NCBI GenBank assembly: GCA_016794225.1
Contig: JAEUKQ010000001.1
Location: 2,062 to 66,061, forward strand
Direction: 5' to 3'
Length of the DNA stretch: 64,000 bases
From: Alphaproteobacteria bacterium
GTDB taxonomy: Bacteria > Pseudomonadota > Alphaproteobacteria > JAEUKQ01
The notes beneath the pieces are model-generated. The model had not been told where the DNA came from, ran no database searches, and saw nothing but the letters and a program-made list of their open reading frames with translations. Both the position numbers and the translations under genes were made by a program. Shown piece by piece: positions 31,137 through 40,469 of this stretch; within the stretch, counting starts at the first letter, position 1, and each line of letters begins with the position of its first letter.

Positions 31137-31604
31137 TTAACGATTCACGTCGCTAGAATTTTTCTCTGCAGCTTTAAAAATAGCTTGCCCAACCAAATCA
31201 ATAAAATTGATACCTGCCTGTGTATTTGTAATAATCTGCCCATCGGCTAAATAAACCTGTTCTTTACCTGGGCTAAAACTAAGGTATGAATCGCCAAAAA
31301 TGCCATCACTAGTAATGCGCAAAAGGCTGTCTTTTGGAATTTTGATATTTATATCAACCGAGAATTCTAAAATCGCTTCATAGTTTTTGGGATCGAGCGA
31401 TTTTTTATTAACCTGACCGATCTTTACACCAGCCAACCGTACATCGCTACCAACCTGCACACCTTCTGCCTTTGCAAAAAGGCCAATCAAGGTGTATTGT
31501 GACGATGTTTGTCGGTCACGCTGATGAAAAACAAAATAAGCAAATACGATTGCAGCAGCGAGTACAAAAAAACCGGTTGCTGTTTCAATAATATTCTTGT
31601 TCAT
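31137..31604 (-). CDS. small MCE/MlaD-domain membrane protein (paralog 2)
   Basis: N-terminal TM followed by an MCE core 'GVQVGSDVRLAGVKIGQVNKK'. Tandem to paralog 1. Confidence 0.65.
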   Translation of the reverse strand: MNKNIIETATGFFVLAAAIVFAYFVFHQRDRQTSSQYTLIGLFAKAEGVQVGSDVRLAGVKIGQVNKKSLDPKNYEAILEFSVDINIKIPKDSLLRITSDGIFGDSYLSFSPGKEQVYLADGQIITNTQAGINFIDLVGQAIFKAAEKNSSDVNR

Positions 31605-31975
31605 TTACCCGTCCGAAGCAAATCATGACTGGGTTTAACAGATGGATCCCATGGTTTATAAGCATCCATTGCCTGCGTAAGGCCTGTTACATGAGCGGGT
31701 TTGTGGGCGTGAACTGTACCAGTCAAGTTGGGTACGTGGCTTTGCTGCCATTCGTGGCCTTGTATCTCTTCTGGGGTGGGTATGTGATTTGTTATATGGT
31801 GCAACCAACTATGCCACAAAGCTGGAATTTTTGATGGCTCAACAATACCACGATATACAACCCAACGTTTTTCATAACCGTTTCGCAAACGACGGTAATA
31901 ATATTTGTTACCAAAAGCATCAGCCCCTGCTCTCTTGGCAAATAATCTGGAAATAAACCCAAGCCTAAAGTTCAT
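31601..31975 (-). CDS. NDUFA12-like (NADH:ubiquinone oxidoreductase 17.2 kDa subunit family) protein
   Basis: 'GNKYYYRRLRNGYEKRWVVY' is the NDUFA12 signature region. Confidence 0.7.
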   Translation of the reverse strand: MNFRLGFISRLFAKRAGADAFGNKYYYRRLRNGYEKRWVVYRGIVEPSKIPALWHSWLHHITNHIPTPEEIQGHEWQQSHVPNLTGTVHAHKPAHVTGLTQAMDAYKPWDPSVKPSHDLLRTGK

Positions 31976-32198
31976 ATCGGCCTCTAAAATAAATTTTTAA
32001 TTTTTAACAAACTGATCTTAGTTTTTTTCCGGCAAAACATCAACTAGCTTTCATCGATCTTCTTTGTCGGCAGCTATTTTAGGAATAAAATATTTCATAT
32101 CACACAAAAATCACTGTGTTTATTGTCTATATTTATTATACTTGTTCGATATGCTGCTGTTTTGTATCGTTCAGTAACATTAACCTTTAGGAGAAACC

Positions 32199-32675
32199 AT
32201 GTCCGACAGCCTTATTGAAAAGAACTTGCTGCGTTTGGGGCTAGAGTTACCCAAAGCAGCCGCACCGGTTGCTAATTATGTACCTGTGGTTATCAGTGGT
32301 AATTGTGCTTACGTCGCTGGCCAGATTCCAATCAGCAACGGCGAAATTAAGTTTTCTGGTAAAGTTGGTAAAGATTTGACCATTGAACAGGGACAGCAGG
32401 CAGCCCGTCTTTGTGGTTTAAATATGGTGGCACAACTTAAATTAGCCCTAGCAGGAAAATTAAACCGTGTTGTTCGCTGTCTTAAGCTGGGTGTTTTTGT
32501 ACAATGCCCTGATGGATTTGCGGATCAGCCTAAGGTTGCCAATGGTGTATCTGATCTTATGGTTGCTATGTTGGGTGATGCCGGCAAGCATGCACGTTCA
32601 GCTGTAGGTGTTAATGCTTTACCATTGAATGTTGCGGTCGAGGTTGATGGTTTTTTTGAGATTAGTGTTTCATAA
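32199..32675 (+). CDS. RidA/YjgF-family reactive-intermediate deaminase-like protein
   Basis: Rid-family size and motifs ('CAYVAGQIP', 'AVGVNALPLNVAVEVD'). Confidence 0.75.
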   Translation: MSDSLIEKNLLRLGLELPKAAAPVANYVPVVISGNCAYVAGQIPISNGEIKFSGKVGKDLTIEQGQQAARLCGLNMVAQLKLALAGKLNRVVRCLKLGVFVQCPDGFADQPKVANGVSDLMVAMLGDAGKHARSAVGVNALPLNVAVEVDGFFEISVS

Positions 32676-32704
32676 CGATCATTATTTATGCAACGCCAAA
32701 TGGG

Positions 32705-33556
32705 CTATGAAATTGGTTGCAGACAATCGTAACGTGCAGCGCCGGGGGGTATGACCTTATCTATCCCATGTCGCTGTAACCGTTCAGCAATTGTCTGCTG
32801 CCAGTTTTGAAGCCCCTGTCCATCAACATACTCTTTTGATTCATCTGTCATAAGATGAAGCATTTCGGCAAACGAAATTCCTTGCTGCCATTCCTGTTGG
32901 GCTTTGTTTTTTAAGCCAAGTTCCCAATATACATCCCCCAAATGAAGACGTAATTCTGGGTCACCTGGTTTACCTAACACTGCTTTGCATATAAAATCAA
33001 AAGCCTGGTCGTACTGCTTCATTTGATAAAGAATCCAGCCTTTTGTATCTAACATCTCGGGATCGTCTTTATCAAATGCCAATGCAATATCAATATATTC
33101 AAGTGCTTTTGGTAAATTTTCTCCCTGAATAGCCCAAACATAGGCAACACCATTATATCCCGCAAAAGAACCGCTCTCAAGCGCTTGAGAATACCAATAT
33201 TCCGCTTTCGTTAAATCAACATATCCGGCAACCCCGTACAAATAAATATACCCAAGACCAATTTGTGCGCCTATATGGCCTTCCTGCGCTGATTTTGTCA
33301 GCCATTCAACAGCCTGCTGCATATCACGATCTGGCGATAACCCACGCCAATGCAAATAACCCAAACCATACTCTGCCTCAATATCTCCTGCTTGGGCAAG
33401 TTTTTCAAAGATATGCCGTGCTTCTTCGTAACTTTGATTTTCTAAGGCTTGCCAACCCTGACTTACAGTTTGTGCCGTAAGCCTAGTTGCATATATACTT
33501 GCCATCGTGGACAAAAGTAATAACAAATTTATATAGGATTTTATTTTATTAATCAT
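32705..33556 (-). CDS. secreted Sel1/TPR-repeat protein (tandem paralog A)
   Basis: Signal peptide. Sel1 repeats ('EAEYGLGYLHWRG', 'GAQIGLGYIY'). C-terminal TPR block 'DTKGWILYQMKQYDQA...HLGDVY'. Confidence 0.7.
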   Translation of the reverse strand: MINKIKSYINLLLLLSTMASIYATRLTAQTVSQGWQALENQSYEEARHIFEKLAQAGDIEAEYGLGYLHWRGLSPDRDMQQAVEWLTKSAQEGHIGAQIGLGYIYLYGVAGYVDLTKAEYWYSQALESGSFAGYNGVAYVWAIQGENLPKALEYIDIALAFDKDDPEMLDTKGWILYQMKQYDQAFDFICKAVLGKPGDPELRLHLGDVYWELGLKNKAQQEWQQGISFAEMLHLMTDESKEYVDGQGLQNWQQTIAERLQRHGIDKVIPPGAARYDCLQPIS

Positions 33557-33600
33557 GTGATACCCTATTAATTCTTATGCACCAACACACCACCTCTGTT

Positions 33601-34368
33601 TTATGAAAATGGGTTGGTGCATGGCTTGGCTTTAACCTCTGGAAGGGTACTTTCTAAAGCTTGATCAGCCTTAATGATGAGTTTTTTTAATTCTTCACGC
33701 CAGGCTTTTAGGTTCTGAACCGATAAATAATCTTCCGGATTTCCTTCGGCTAATAAAAAGCGGCGTTCCTCTAGGTCTAAGGCCATTAACCACTCGTTGC
33801 GCGCCTCATAATATAAACCCAACGCAAAATATATGTGGCCAAGATGCAATCTGTCTTCTGGATGACCTGGTAAAAGTTTGACGGAACGACACATAGGTTC
33901 AAGCGCCTCTTCATAACGCTTCATTTGATATAAAACCCACGCATGCGTATCAAGATAATAAGGATTATCCGGGTCGATTGTTAAGGCTTTTGTAATCAAG
34001 CTTAAGGCCTGATCAAGATTTTCTCCCTTAAGTGCTAAATCATAGGCAACACCATTCATACCGCTGACGCTACCATTATTCGCAGCAGTTAACATCCAGG
34101 TTGAACCCAATTCTTCGTTTTGCTCAACCCCTTTACCGTAACTGAAATAATACCCAACCATATACTGGGCTTCAGCATCACCCTGCTGTGCTAAACTCCA
34201 AATTTCCTGAAAAGCTGCCTGATAATCTTTTCTGTCAACTGCCGCACGCCAACGATCCCAGTCCGCCCAAGCCAAATTATGTGCTAAATAAAAAAGGATT
34301 ATTGTTGTAAGAAATAGGACAAATAAAAGTTTTAAAAAAATACTTTTGGTAAAATTGATAAAAATCAT
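33601..34368 (-). CDS. secreted Sel1/TPR-repeat protein (tandem paralog B)
   Basis: Signal peptide. 'EAQYMVGYYFSYGKG'. 'DTHAWVLYQMKRYEEA...HLGHIY'. Paralogous to A and C. Confidence 0.7.
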   Translation of the reverse strand: MIFINFTKSIFLKLLFVLFLTTIILFYLAHNLAWADWDRWRAAVDRKDYQAAFQEIWSLAQQGDAEAQYMVGYYFSYGKGVEQNEELGSTWMLTAANNGSVSGMNGVAYDLALKGENLDQALSLITKALTIDPDNPYYLDTHAWVLYQMKRYEEALEPMCRSVKLLPGHPEDRLHLGHIYFALGLYYEARNEWLMALDLEERRFLLAEGNPEDYLSVQNLKAWREELKKLIIKADQALESTLPEVKAKPCTNPFS

Positions 34369-34395
34369 CGTCTTTTCCTTTAGCCACTGAATGAA

Positions 34396-35133
34396 TTACG
34401 ATATAGGACGCAGACAAACAATTTCTTTATCCAACGTGCGTGGGGTCGATTGACTTTTCAAAGTACGAATTTCAGCAATTTTTTTCTCTATGGTCACCCG
34501 CCAGGATTCGATGTTTTGCATTTGCAAATAATCCTCAGATGTCCCATCGCTTAGAAAATCGCGGTTCGTTTCAAGATCTAACACCGACTGCCATTCCATG
34601 ATCGCCTGATCATATAAACCAAACTGTTGATAAATATCTGCAAGATGGCGGCGTACTTCTATTGCTCCAGGCTCTATCAATGATGCTTTACATGTATAAG
34701 TGAAAGCCTCTTCATATTTTTGTTGTTGATAGAGAATCCACCCCATTGTATCAATAAAAGAAGCTTCATTCGGGTGGGCTTTTAGAACTTGTTCCATCAA
34801 CTGAATTGCCTCGTCCAAACGTATTCCCTGTTCGCTCCACCCATAAGCCAAGTTGTTCATCGCAACAATATGACCACTTAGTGCTGCTAATTGATACCAA
34901 TACTCTGCTTGGTTACGATTTTGGGGCGCTCCTAGGGCAAAATCATACATATAGCCAACCCGGAACTGTGCATCTACATCTCCCTGCTGTGCTAACATTA
35001 GGTACTCACGCAGGGCTGTAACATAATCACCACGTTCATAGGCATCTTCGGCTTCTTGTTGCCCTGCTACAAGAACCAGCGGTCTTACAATAAAAAAAAT
35101 GACCATACTAAAAAATATCAACTTTTGTTTCAT
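34396..35133 (-). CDS. secreted Sel1/TPR-repeat protein (tandem paralog C)
   Basis: Signal peptide (MKQKLIFFSMVIFFIV). 'DAQFRVGYMYDFALG'. 'DTMGWILYQQQKYEEA...HLADIY'. Confidence 0.7.
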   Translation of the reverse strand: MKQKLIFFSMVIFFIVRPLVLVAGQQEAEDAYERGDYVTALREYLMLAQQGDVDAQFRVGYMYDFALGAPQNRNQAEYWYQLAALSGHIVAMNNLAYGWSEQGIRLDEAIQLMEQVLKAHPNEASFIDTMGWILYQQQKYEEAFTYTCKASLIEPGAIEVRRHLADIYQQFGLYDQAIMEWQSVLDLETNRDFLSDGTSEDYLQMQNIESWRVTIEKKIAEIRTLKSQSTPRTLDKEIVCLRPIS

Positions 35134-35318
35134 AGCCTTACCATTATATTTACATATTATTATAGTATAATATCTCACATACATAATAGCTGATAAAACT
35201 TTGTTTGGAAATGAAGTTCTTTTTCCATTGAAAAAGAATATATCATCTTTAGAGTGTTTTCGTTAACTTGTAAAAAAAATTATTATTCATCAAGTTTTTT
35301 GTTTATGACGAGGACTAG

Positions 35319-36062
35319 GTGTTTGTTAGAAGTAAAATAATTAATAATAGTAGGGTTGTATTAAGACCAGATAATATCTTTTGGCGCTATGCTGCAGAGC
35401 TTAGACAAAAAAAAGCTAGGCAATACCTAAAGAATTTTGGTATTATAGAGTTGCTACAAAGCCAAGTATCAACAGAAATAGCCCCTCAATTTTATGATCT
35501 TTATAACCTACACCAACATATTTGTCGCTTTAAACCCAGTATCTGTCTTGAGTTTGGGGTTGGTTTCTCGACAATAGTTATTGCTCATGCGCTATCTGTA
35601 AATGGATTTGGCAAGGTTTACACTGTCGACAGTAATCAATACTGGCTCGATAACACTTTAAAAAAGATTCCCGCTAATCTAGCCCCCTACACTGAGCTTA
35701 ACTTTAGCGAAGCAACTATCGACATATATAATGGGTCATTATGCCATTTTTATACAGAACTACCTAATATTGTACCAGATTTTATTTATCTAGATGGACC
35801 TGATGCTAATGATGTCAAAAACAGCTTCCGTGGCTTACGTTTCGGTGAAATGATAGGGCAAAAAAAAGAACGTCCATCAGTTGCAGCCGATATTTTGCTT
35901 TATGAGAGTACATTGCGTATATCAACAGGATTCTCGATGATTGTAGATGGGCGATCAGTAAATATTGATTTTTTAATACGCCATCTTAGAAGAAACTATC
36001 ATGTTCTAGTCGACCGGGTTTTGCAATACGCATTATTTAAACTAGATTATCCTTTTTTTTAA
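35319..36062 (+). CDS. class I SAM-dependent methyltransferase-like hypothetical protein in an AT-rich segment
   Basis: Motif I-like 'CLEFGVGFST'. Acidic end of beta-2 'VYTVD'. Motif 'FIYLDGPD' resembles the O-methyltransferase family-3 / Methyltransf_24 pattern. Confidence 0.45.
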   Translation: MFVRSKIINNSRVVLRPDNIFWRYAAELRQKKARQYLKNFGIIELLQSQVSTEIAPQFYDLYNLHQHICRFKPSICLEFGVGFSTIVIAHALSVNGFGKVYTVDSNQYWLDNTLKKIPANLAPYTELNFSEATIDIYNGSLCHFYTELPNIVPDFIYLDGPDANDVKNSFRGLRFGEMIGQKKERPSVAADILLYESTLRISTGFSMIVDGRSVNIDFLIRHLRRNYHVLVDRVLQYALFKLDYPFF

Positions 36063-36129
36063 ATACTATATAAATAGTTGTTGTATATTAACTAAACACG
36101 CAAAGATATACAGTAAAGTTGATAGATAA

Positions 36130-37857
36130 ATGACCTTAAAACTTACCCCAAGCACTAATGATAACCTTCGGTTTAACCAAGGAAATTTTAGTAATTTAGC
36201 TGATGCACTTGATTATGCTGCGGCCGGGAGTACTGGCTTTAATTTTTATGATGGCCGTGGACAATTACATCATGTCTTGACTTATCAAAAACTACACATG
36301 CTTGCAACCAACGTTGCCCGCGGATTAATTGCCCAAAAGTTGCCTGTCGGTTCAAGGTTTTTGCTGATTGCTGACACTGTTCCTGAGTTTATGATTCTTT
36401 TTTTTGCATGCCAGTATGCCTCTCTAATTGCCGTACCGGTTGCCCTGCCAGTTGGTCTTGGTAGTAAAGAATCTTATACCGAAGGCCTAAGGCGACAGTT
36501 GCAAGATTGTGGTGCTATTGTAGCGGGTGCGCCAAAAGAGTTGTTAGATTTTTTAATAGCTGCTTCAGCTGGACTAGACTTAAAGTTATTAGGGTCATTT
36601 CAGTCAATTATTGACCTAGCTCAACCCCATGGCAATATAAGACCATGGCGTCAGGCTGATGATCCTTGCTATTTGCAATATTCATCTGGCAGCACCCGCT
36701 TCCCACGTGGCATTGATTTACGTCAATCGACCGTGATGTCCAACTTGCATGCGATTAGCAAATATGGCGTTCGCATGGGTGCTGAAGATCGCATAACATC
36801 TTGGCTGCCATTATACCATGATATGGGTTTAGTTGGATGTACCCTAACCCCCTTTGCTAACCAGCTATCAGTTGATTTTATGGCAACACGGGATTTTGCC
36901 AAAAGGCCTATGTTATGGCTTGAATTGGTTTCTAGGAATAGGTCAACCATTACCTACGGACCAAGTTTTGCATATAACCTTTGTGCCAGACGGGCATCGT
37001 CTGCAATTCTTGATGACCTTAAGCTTGATTTAACGCCCCTGCGTGTTGCTGGCATTGGCGCGGATATGATCCAGGCAAAGGTACTGGGTGAATTCGCTCA
37101 GGTATTTGCCAGGTCTGGTTTCAACAAAACGGCTTTTTTGGCAAGTTACGGTATGGCAGAAGCAGCTCTAGCCCTGACTTTTGCAAAATTAGGTACAGGC
37201 ATCGGGACAGATTATGTTGATCGGGAAAAGTTGGTGCGTACTTCTGTTGCTGAAGCAGTTAATCACGAACACCCTAATTGTCAGGTTTTTGTTACATGTG
37301 GACACTTATTGCCGGGATACCAGATGGAAATACGTAGCGAGGATGGCCAGGTTTTAGGAACGCGTCGGCAAGGAAAAATATATGTTAAAGGTCCAAGCAT
37401 TATGAAAGGGTATTTTAATCAACCCGAAGCAACCCTGGCTGTTCTTAGCCCTGATGGTTGGTTAGATACAGGTGATTTAGGTTACAAACTAGCTTCAGAA
37501 GAAATTGTCATTACTGGACGTAGTAAAGACTTAATTATTATCAATGGACGCAATATTTGGCCGCAGGATATTGAATGGACGCTGGAAGAGTTACCAGAAA
37601 TCCGTAAGGGCGATGCTGCTGCGTTTGCCGTGAATAAAAATGATGAAGAAAAAATTATTATTCTGGTTGAGTGCCGATTAAAGGAATCAACACAACGACA
37701 AAAATTGGTTCAAGAGGCTGAGGCAGCTGTGCGACGGGCACATGGTGTAGAAACGCAAGTTGTTTTAGTACCGGTTCGTAGCCTACCTTACACATCATCG
37801 GGCAAATTAAGCCGTTCCAAGGCTAAAGCAGCGTACCTTGCCGGCCAATATTCATAG
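36130..37857 (+). CDS. fatty acyl-AMP ligase / acyl-ACP synthetase (AMP-binding superfamily)
   Basis: AMP-binding motif 'YSSGSTRFPRGI'. About 575 aa FAAL-like. Linked to the dedicated ACP and Spt. Confidence 0.8.
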   Translation: MTLKLTPSTNDNLRFNQGNFSNLADALDYAAAGSTGFNFYDGRGQLHHVLTYQKLHMLATNVARGLIAQKLPVGSRFLLIADTVPEFMILFFACQYASLIAVPVALPVGLGSKESYTEGLRRQLQDCGAIVAGAPKELLDFLIAASAGLDLKLLGSFQSIIDLAQPHGNIRPWRQADDPCYLQYSSGSTRFPRGIDLRQSTVMSNLHAISKYGVRMGAEDRITSWLPLYHDMGLVGCTLTPFANQLSVDFMATRDFAKRPMLWLELVSRNRSTITYGPSFAYNLCARRASSAILDDLKLDLTPLRVAGIGADMIQAKVLGEFAQVFARSGFNKTAFLASYGMAEAALALTFAKLGTGIGTDYVDREKLVRTSVAEAVNHEHPNCQVFVTCGHLLPGYQMEIRSEDGQVLGTRRQGKIYVKGPSIMKGYFNQPEATLAVLSPDGWLDTGDLGYKLASEEIVITGRSKDLIIINGRNIWPQDIEWTLEELPEIRKGDAAAFAVNKNDEEKIIILVECRLKESTQRQKLVQEAEAAVRRAHGVETQVVLVPVRSLPYTSSGKLSRSKAKAAYLAGQYS

Positions 37858-37867
37858 ATAAACGCCT

Positions 37868-38809
37868 ATGAAGCAAAAGATTATTGCAATCACTGGCGGC
37901 ACTGGTTTTATCGGTAGCCACCTTGTTCAACGATTGGCACAAGATGGGTGGCACATTAGACTTCTTTGTCGGCGTTTCCCAATTCATCCGCTTTGGTATA
38001 ATAGTAAATTTGAGGTTGTTATTGGTGACTTAACAGACCACCGTGCATTGCACAAACTAATCGATAACAGCCAAGTGGTAATTCATGCCGCAGGCCTTAT
38101 AAAGGCGGCACAAGCCGACGATTTTTACAAAATTAATAGCAAGTTCACCGAGAATATCGCCAACATCGTTTTACAGCGAGCACCAAGCAGTCACTTTATT
38201 TTTATGTCTTCTCTAGCAGCACGTGAAGGTTTATCCATTTATGGCCGAAGCAAGAAGATGGCTGAAGATTGTTTACAAAACAAACAACTTCATTGCAGCG
38301 TTATTCGCGCCCCCGCGGTATATGGCGAGCTCGATCGGGAGGTATTTCCAGTAATTAAATTGTTAAAATATGGCTTTGGTTTGGCAGTAGGTAATCCACT
38401 TGCCCGATTTTCACTTATTCATGCTGCCGATTTAAGTGATTTTATTTGCTACCTTTCTCAGAAAAAAAGTGAATCATTCACCATATATGAACCACATGAT
38501 GGTAAAACAACAGGATATAGCTGGACCGAATTTCTTGAAGAACTAAGACAAACACTTGGTAAAAGGTATTTTATTCGTATTAATTGTAATCGCTTTATAC
38601 TAAGATTTTATGATTATCTTCAATCAATCCGACAGATATTAACACCCAATTTTGTTAACATTCTGGGTCATGGTAAGATAGATGAAATCCTTCACCCCAA
38701 CTGGGTCTGTGACACAAAATCGATGCCCAACGATTGGCACCCTTCCCTCAATCTCAACCAAGGGCTATCAAGAACTATTAAGGGTTATCAAATGGCAGGT
38801 TGGCTTTAA
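37868..38809 (+). CDS. NAD(P)-dependent epimerase/dehydratase-family reductase (CerR-like candidate 3-ketodihydrosphingosine/ceramide reductase)
   Basis: Rossmann 'ITGGTGFIGSHL'. Catalytic YxxxK 'IYGRSKK'. Its position in the spt cluster parallels Caulobacter CerR. Confidence 0.65.
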   Translation: MKQKIIAITGGTGFIGSHLVQRLAQDGWHIRLLCRRFPIHPLWYNSKFEVVIGDLTDHRALHKLIDNSQVVIHAAGLIKAAQADDFYKINSKFTENIANIVLQRAPSSHFIFMSSLAAREGLSIYGRSKKMAEDCLQNKQLHCSVIRAPAVYGELDREVFPVIKLLKYGFGLAVGNPLARFSLIHAADLSDFICYLSQKKSESFTIYEPHDGKTTGYSWTEFLEELRQTLGKRYFIRINCNRFILRFYDYLQSIRQILTPNFVNILGHGKIDEILHPNWVCDTKSMPNDWHPSLNLNQGLSRTIKGYQMAGWL

Positions 38810-38833
38810 TTTTTGTAAACTTTTCAATCGTAG

Positions 38834-40060
38834 TTAGGCAACAGCAAACTTTTGCTGGGTATGTATTGCAAAATAGCCAACTTCTTCAGCGGTCTTTTTT
38901 AAGATATCAACCACCTTTTGCAGTTGCTGGCGTTCATGAGCACTACATATACTGCAACGCAACAAAACCGTGCCCATTGGTGTCGCAGGTGGCATCACAA
39001 TATTGGCATAAACACCATTTTTTAATAGATTCTGCCAAAAAAGAGTTCCAACCTCGACATTTGGTAAATAGATTGGAACAACTGGACTTTTGTTTTTACC
39101 TAACCTAAAACCAAGCTGTGCCAATTGATTATAAAAGAATTCAACATTTTGCCATAAGCGGTATCTTAGCTGCGGTTCCTGTTGAATAATTCTTAGCGCT
39201 GTCTTCACAGATGCAATGGTTGCTGGTGGTAGAGATGCGGTAAACATATATGGCCGGCATACGAGCCGAAGTAGATCAAATTCCGGGGAGTCTGAAACAC
39301 AAAATCCACCGACAGCTCCTAGGCTTTTGCTAAATGTACCCACAATAAAATCAATATCGGCCTCAACGTTTTCTTCTTGACACAGACCACGTCCAGTCTG
39401 TCCCAAAACACCCATTGAATGGGCTTCATCAAGAACGATATACGCATTGGCATACTTCTTTTTAACCGCAACAAAATCGGTTAGAGGTGCCTTATCACCT
39501 AGCATGCTATAAATGCCCTCAAGCACGATAATTTTGTTACCAGGTTTATCCTGCAGAGCATTTAATCGACGATCTAAATCGTTGGGATCATTATGGCGAA
39601 AACGAATAACCGTAGCTGTACCCAGTTTCGCACCGTCATATATGCTGGCATGCGAATCAGCATCAAGTAATAAAAAATCGTCTGGCCCGGCTATTGTTGA
39701 AATAATTCCTAAATTTGCCTGATAGCCAGTTGAAAAAACCATGGCTTGTTTTTTACCATAAAAATCTGCCAAGTCTGATTCTAAAGTGGTATGCTCGGCA
39801 TAGCTACCGTTGGCAATGCGTGAACCGGTTGTTCCAGTACCTGAGAGATAAGCGGTTTCGGCTGAAGCGGCCTGACAACGCGGATCAAATGTTAAGCCCA
39901 AATAATTGTTGGTACCTATTAAAATAGTCTTACGCCCATTGATAATAGCTTCGGTTGGGGATAGAAGTTTCTCCATTTTAATACCAAAAGGGTCGACACC
40001 CAAAGACTTCATGTGTTCATATTGGCGACGAACCGTTTGAAACCGTTTTAACAAAGCCAT
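38834..40060 (-). CDS. spt: serine palmitoyltransferase (alpha-oxoamine synthase family)
   Basis: PLP-lysine motif 'GTFSKSLG'. AOS-family architecture. Clustered with a dedicated ACP and acyl-ACP synthetase, which is the hallmark of bacterial Spt rather than BioF/Kbl. Confidence 0.75.
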   Translation of the reverse strand: MALLKRFQTVRRQYEHMKSLGVDPFGIKMEKLLSPTEAIINGRKTILIGTNNYLGLTFDPRCQAASAETAYLSGTGTTGSRIANGSYAEHTTLESDLADFYGKKQAMVFSTGYQANLGIISTIAGPDDFLLLDADSHASIYDGAKLGTATVIRFRHNDPNDLDRRLNALQDKPGNKIIVLEGIYSMLGDKAPLTDFVAVKKKYANAYIVLDEAHSMGVLGQTGRGLCQEENVEADIDFIVGTFSKSLGAVGGFCVSDSPEFDLLRLVCRPYMFTASLPPATIASVKTALRIIQQEPQLRYRLWQNVEFFYNQLAQLGFRLGKNKSPVVPIYLPNVEVGTLFWQNLLKNGVYANIVMPPATPMGTVLLRCSICSAHERQQLQKVVDILKKTAEEVGYFAIHTQQKFAVA

Positions 40061-40080
40061 TTTATTAGACCTTCTTTGCT

Positions 40081-40338
40081 TTATACCGAAGCAAGCTTCG
40101 TAATTGTTGAGGTTAAATCACCCGCTGTTTTAATTTCTGACATCACGTTCATGGGTATTGAAATATTAAATTCCTGTTCCAAATCCATGATCAAATCCAT
40201 TACAGTAAGCGAATCAAGGTTTAAATCAGAAGACAAATCGGTCTGCATACTGATATGGACATTACTACCCGACTTATTATAGCGCTGCAATATAGCGATA
40301 ACCTTCGGGAAAACCTGGCTTATCTGTAAAGTTGACAA
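40081..40338 (-). CDS. dedicated acyl carrier protein
   Basis: 85 aa. Phosphopantetheine attachment motif 'LDSLTVMDL'. Confidence 0.85.
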   Translation of the reverse strand: MSTLQISQVFPKVIAILQRYNKSGSNVHISMQTDLSSDLNLDSLTVMDLIMDLEQEFNISIPMNVMSEIKTAGDLTSTITKLASV

Positions 40339-40405
40339 TTTTCTACCCTTAAAAACATCTTTATTCTACTTATAACAAAGATCGCCCTACAGCAGAAATA
40401 ACAAT

Positions 40406-40424
40406 TTGTAACAATTTGTTACAA
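40406..40424. promoter_or_regulatory. 19-bp palindrome TTGTAACAA-T-TTGTTACAA (also a 10-bp tandem direct repeat ACAATTTGT[AT]) upstream of acp-spt
   Basis: Read directly from the sequence. It lies in the 131-nt gap between the Tam41-like gene and acp on the transcribed (minus) side. Confidence 0.3.
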
Positions 40425-40469
40425 ACTGATGGTTTCATAACTAAAAATTATATTTGCTATTTAAAATCG

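Noticed and set aside
38800-39108. 102-aa plus-strand ORF overlapping the spt 3' region
   Set aside because: It is antisense to the serine palmitoyltransferase gene. It is spurious.
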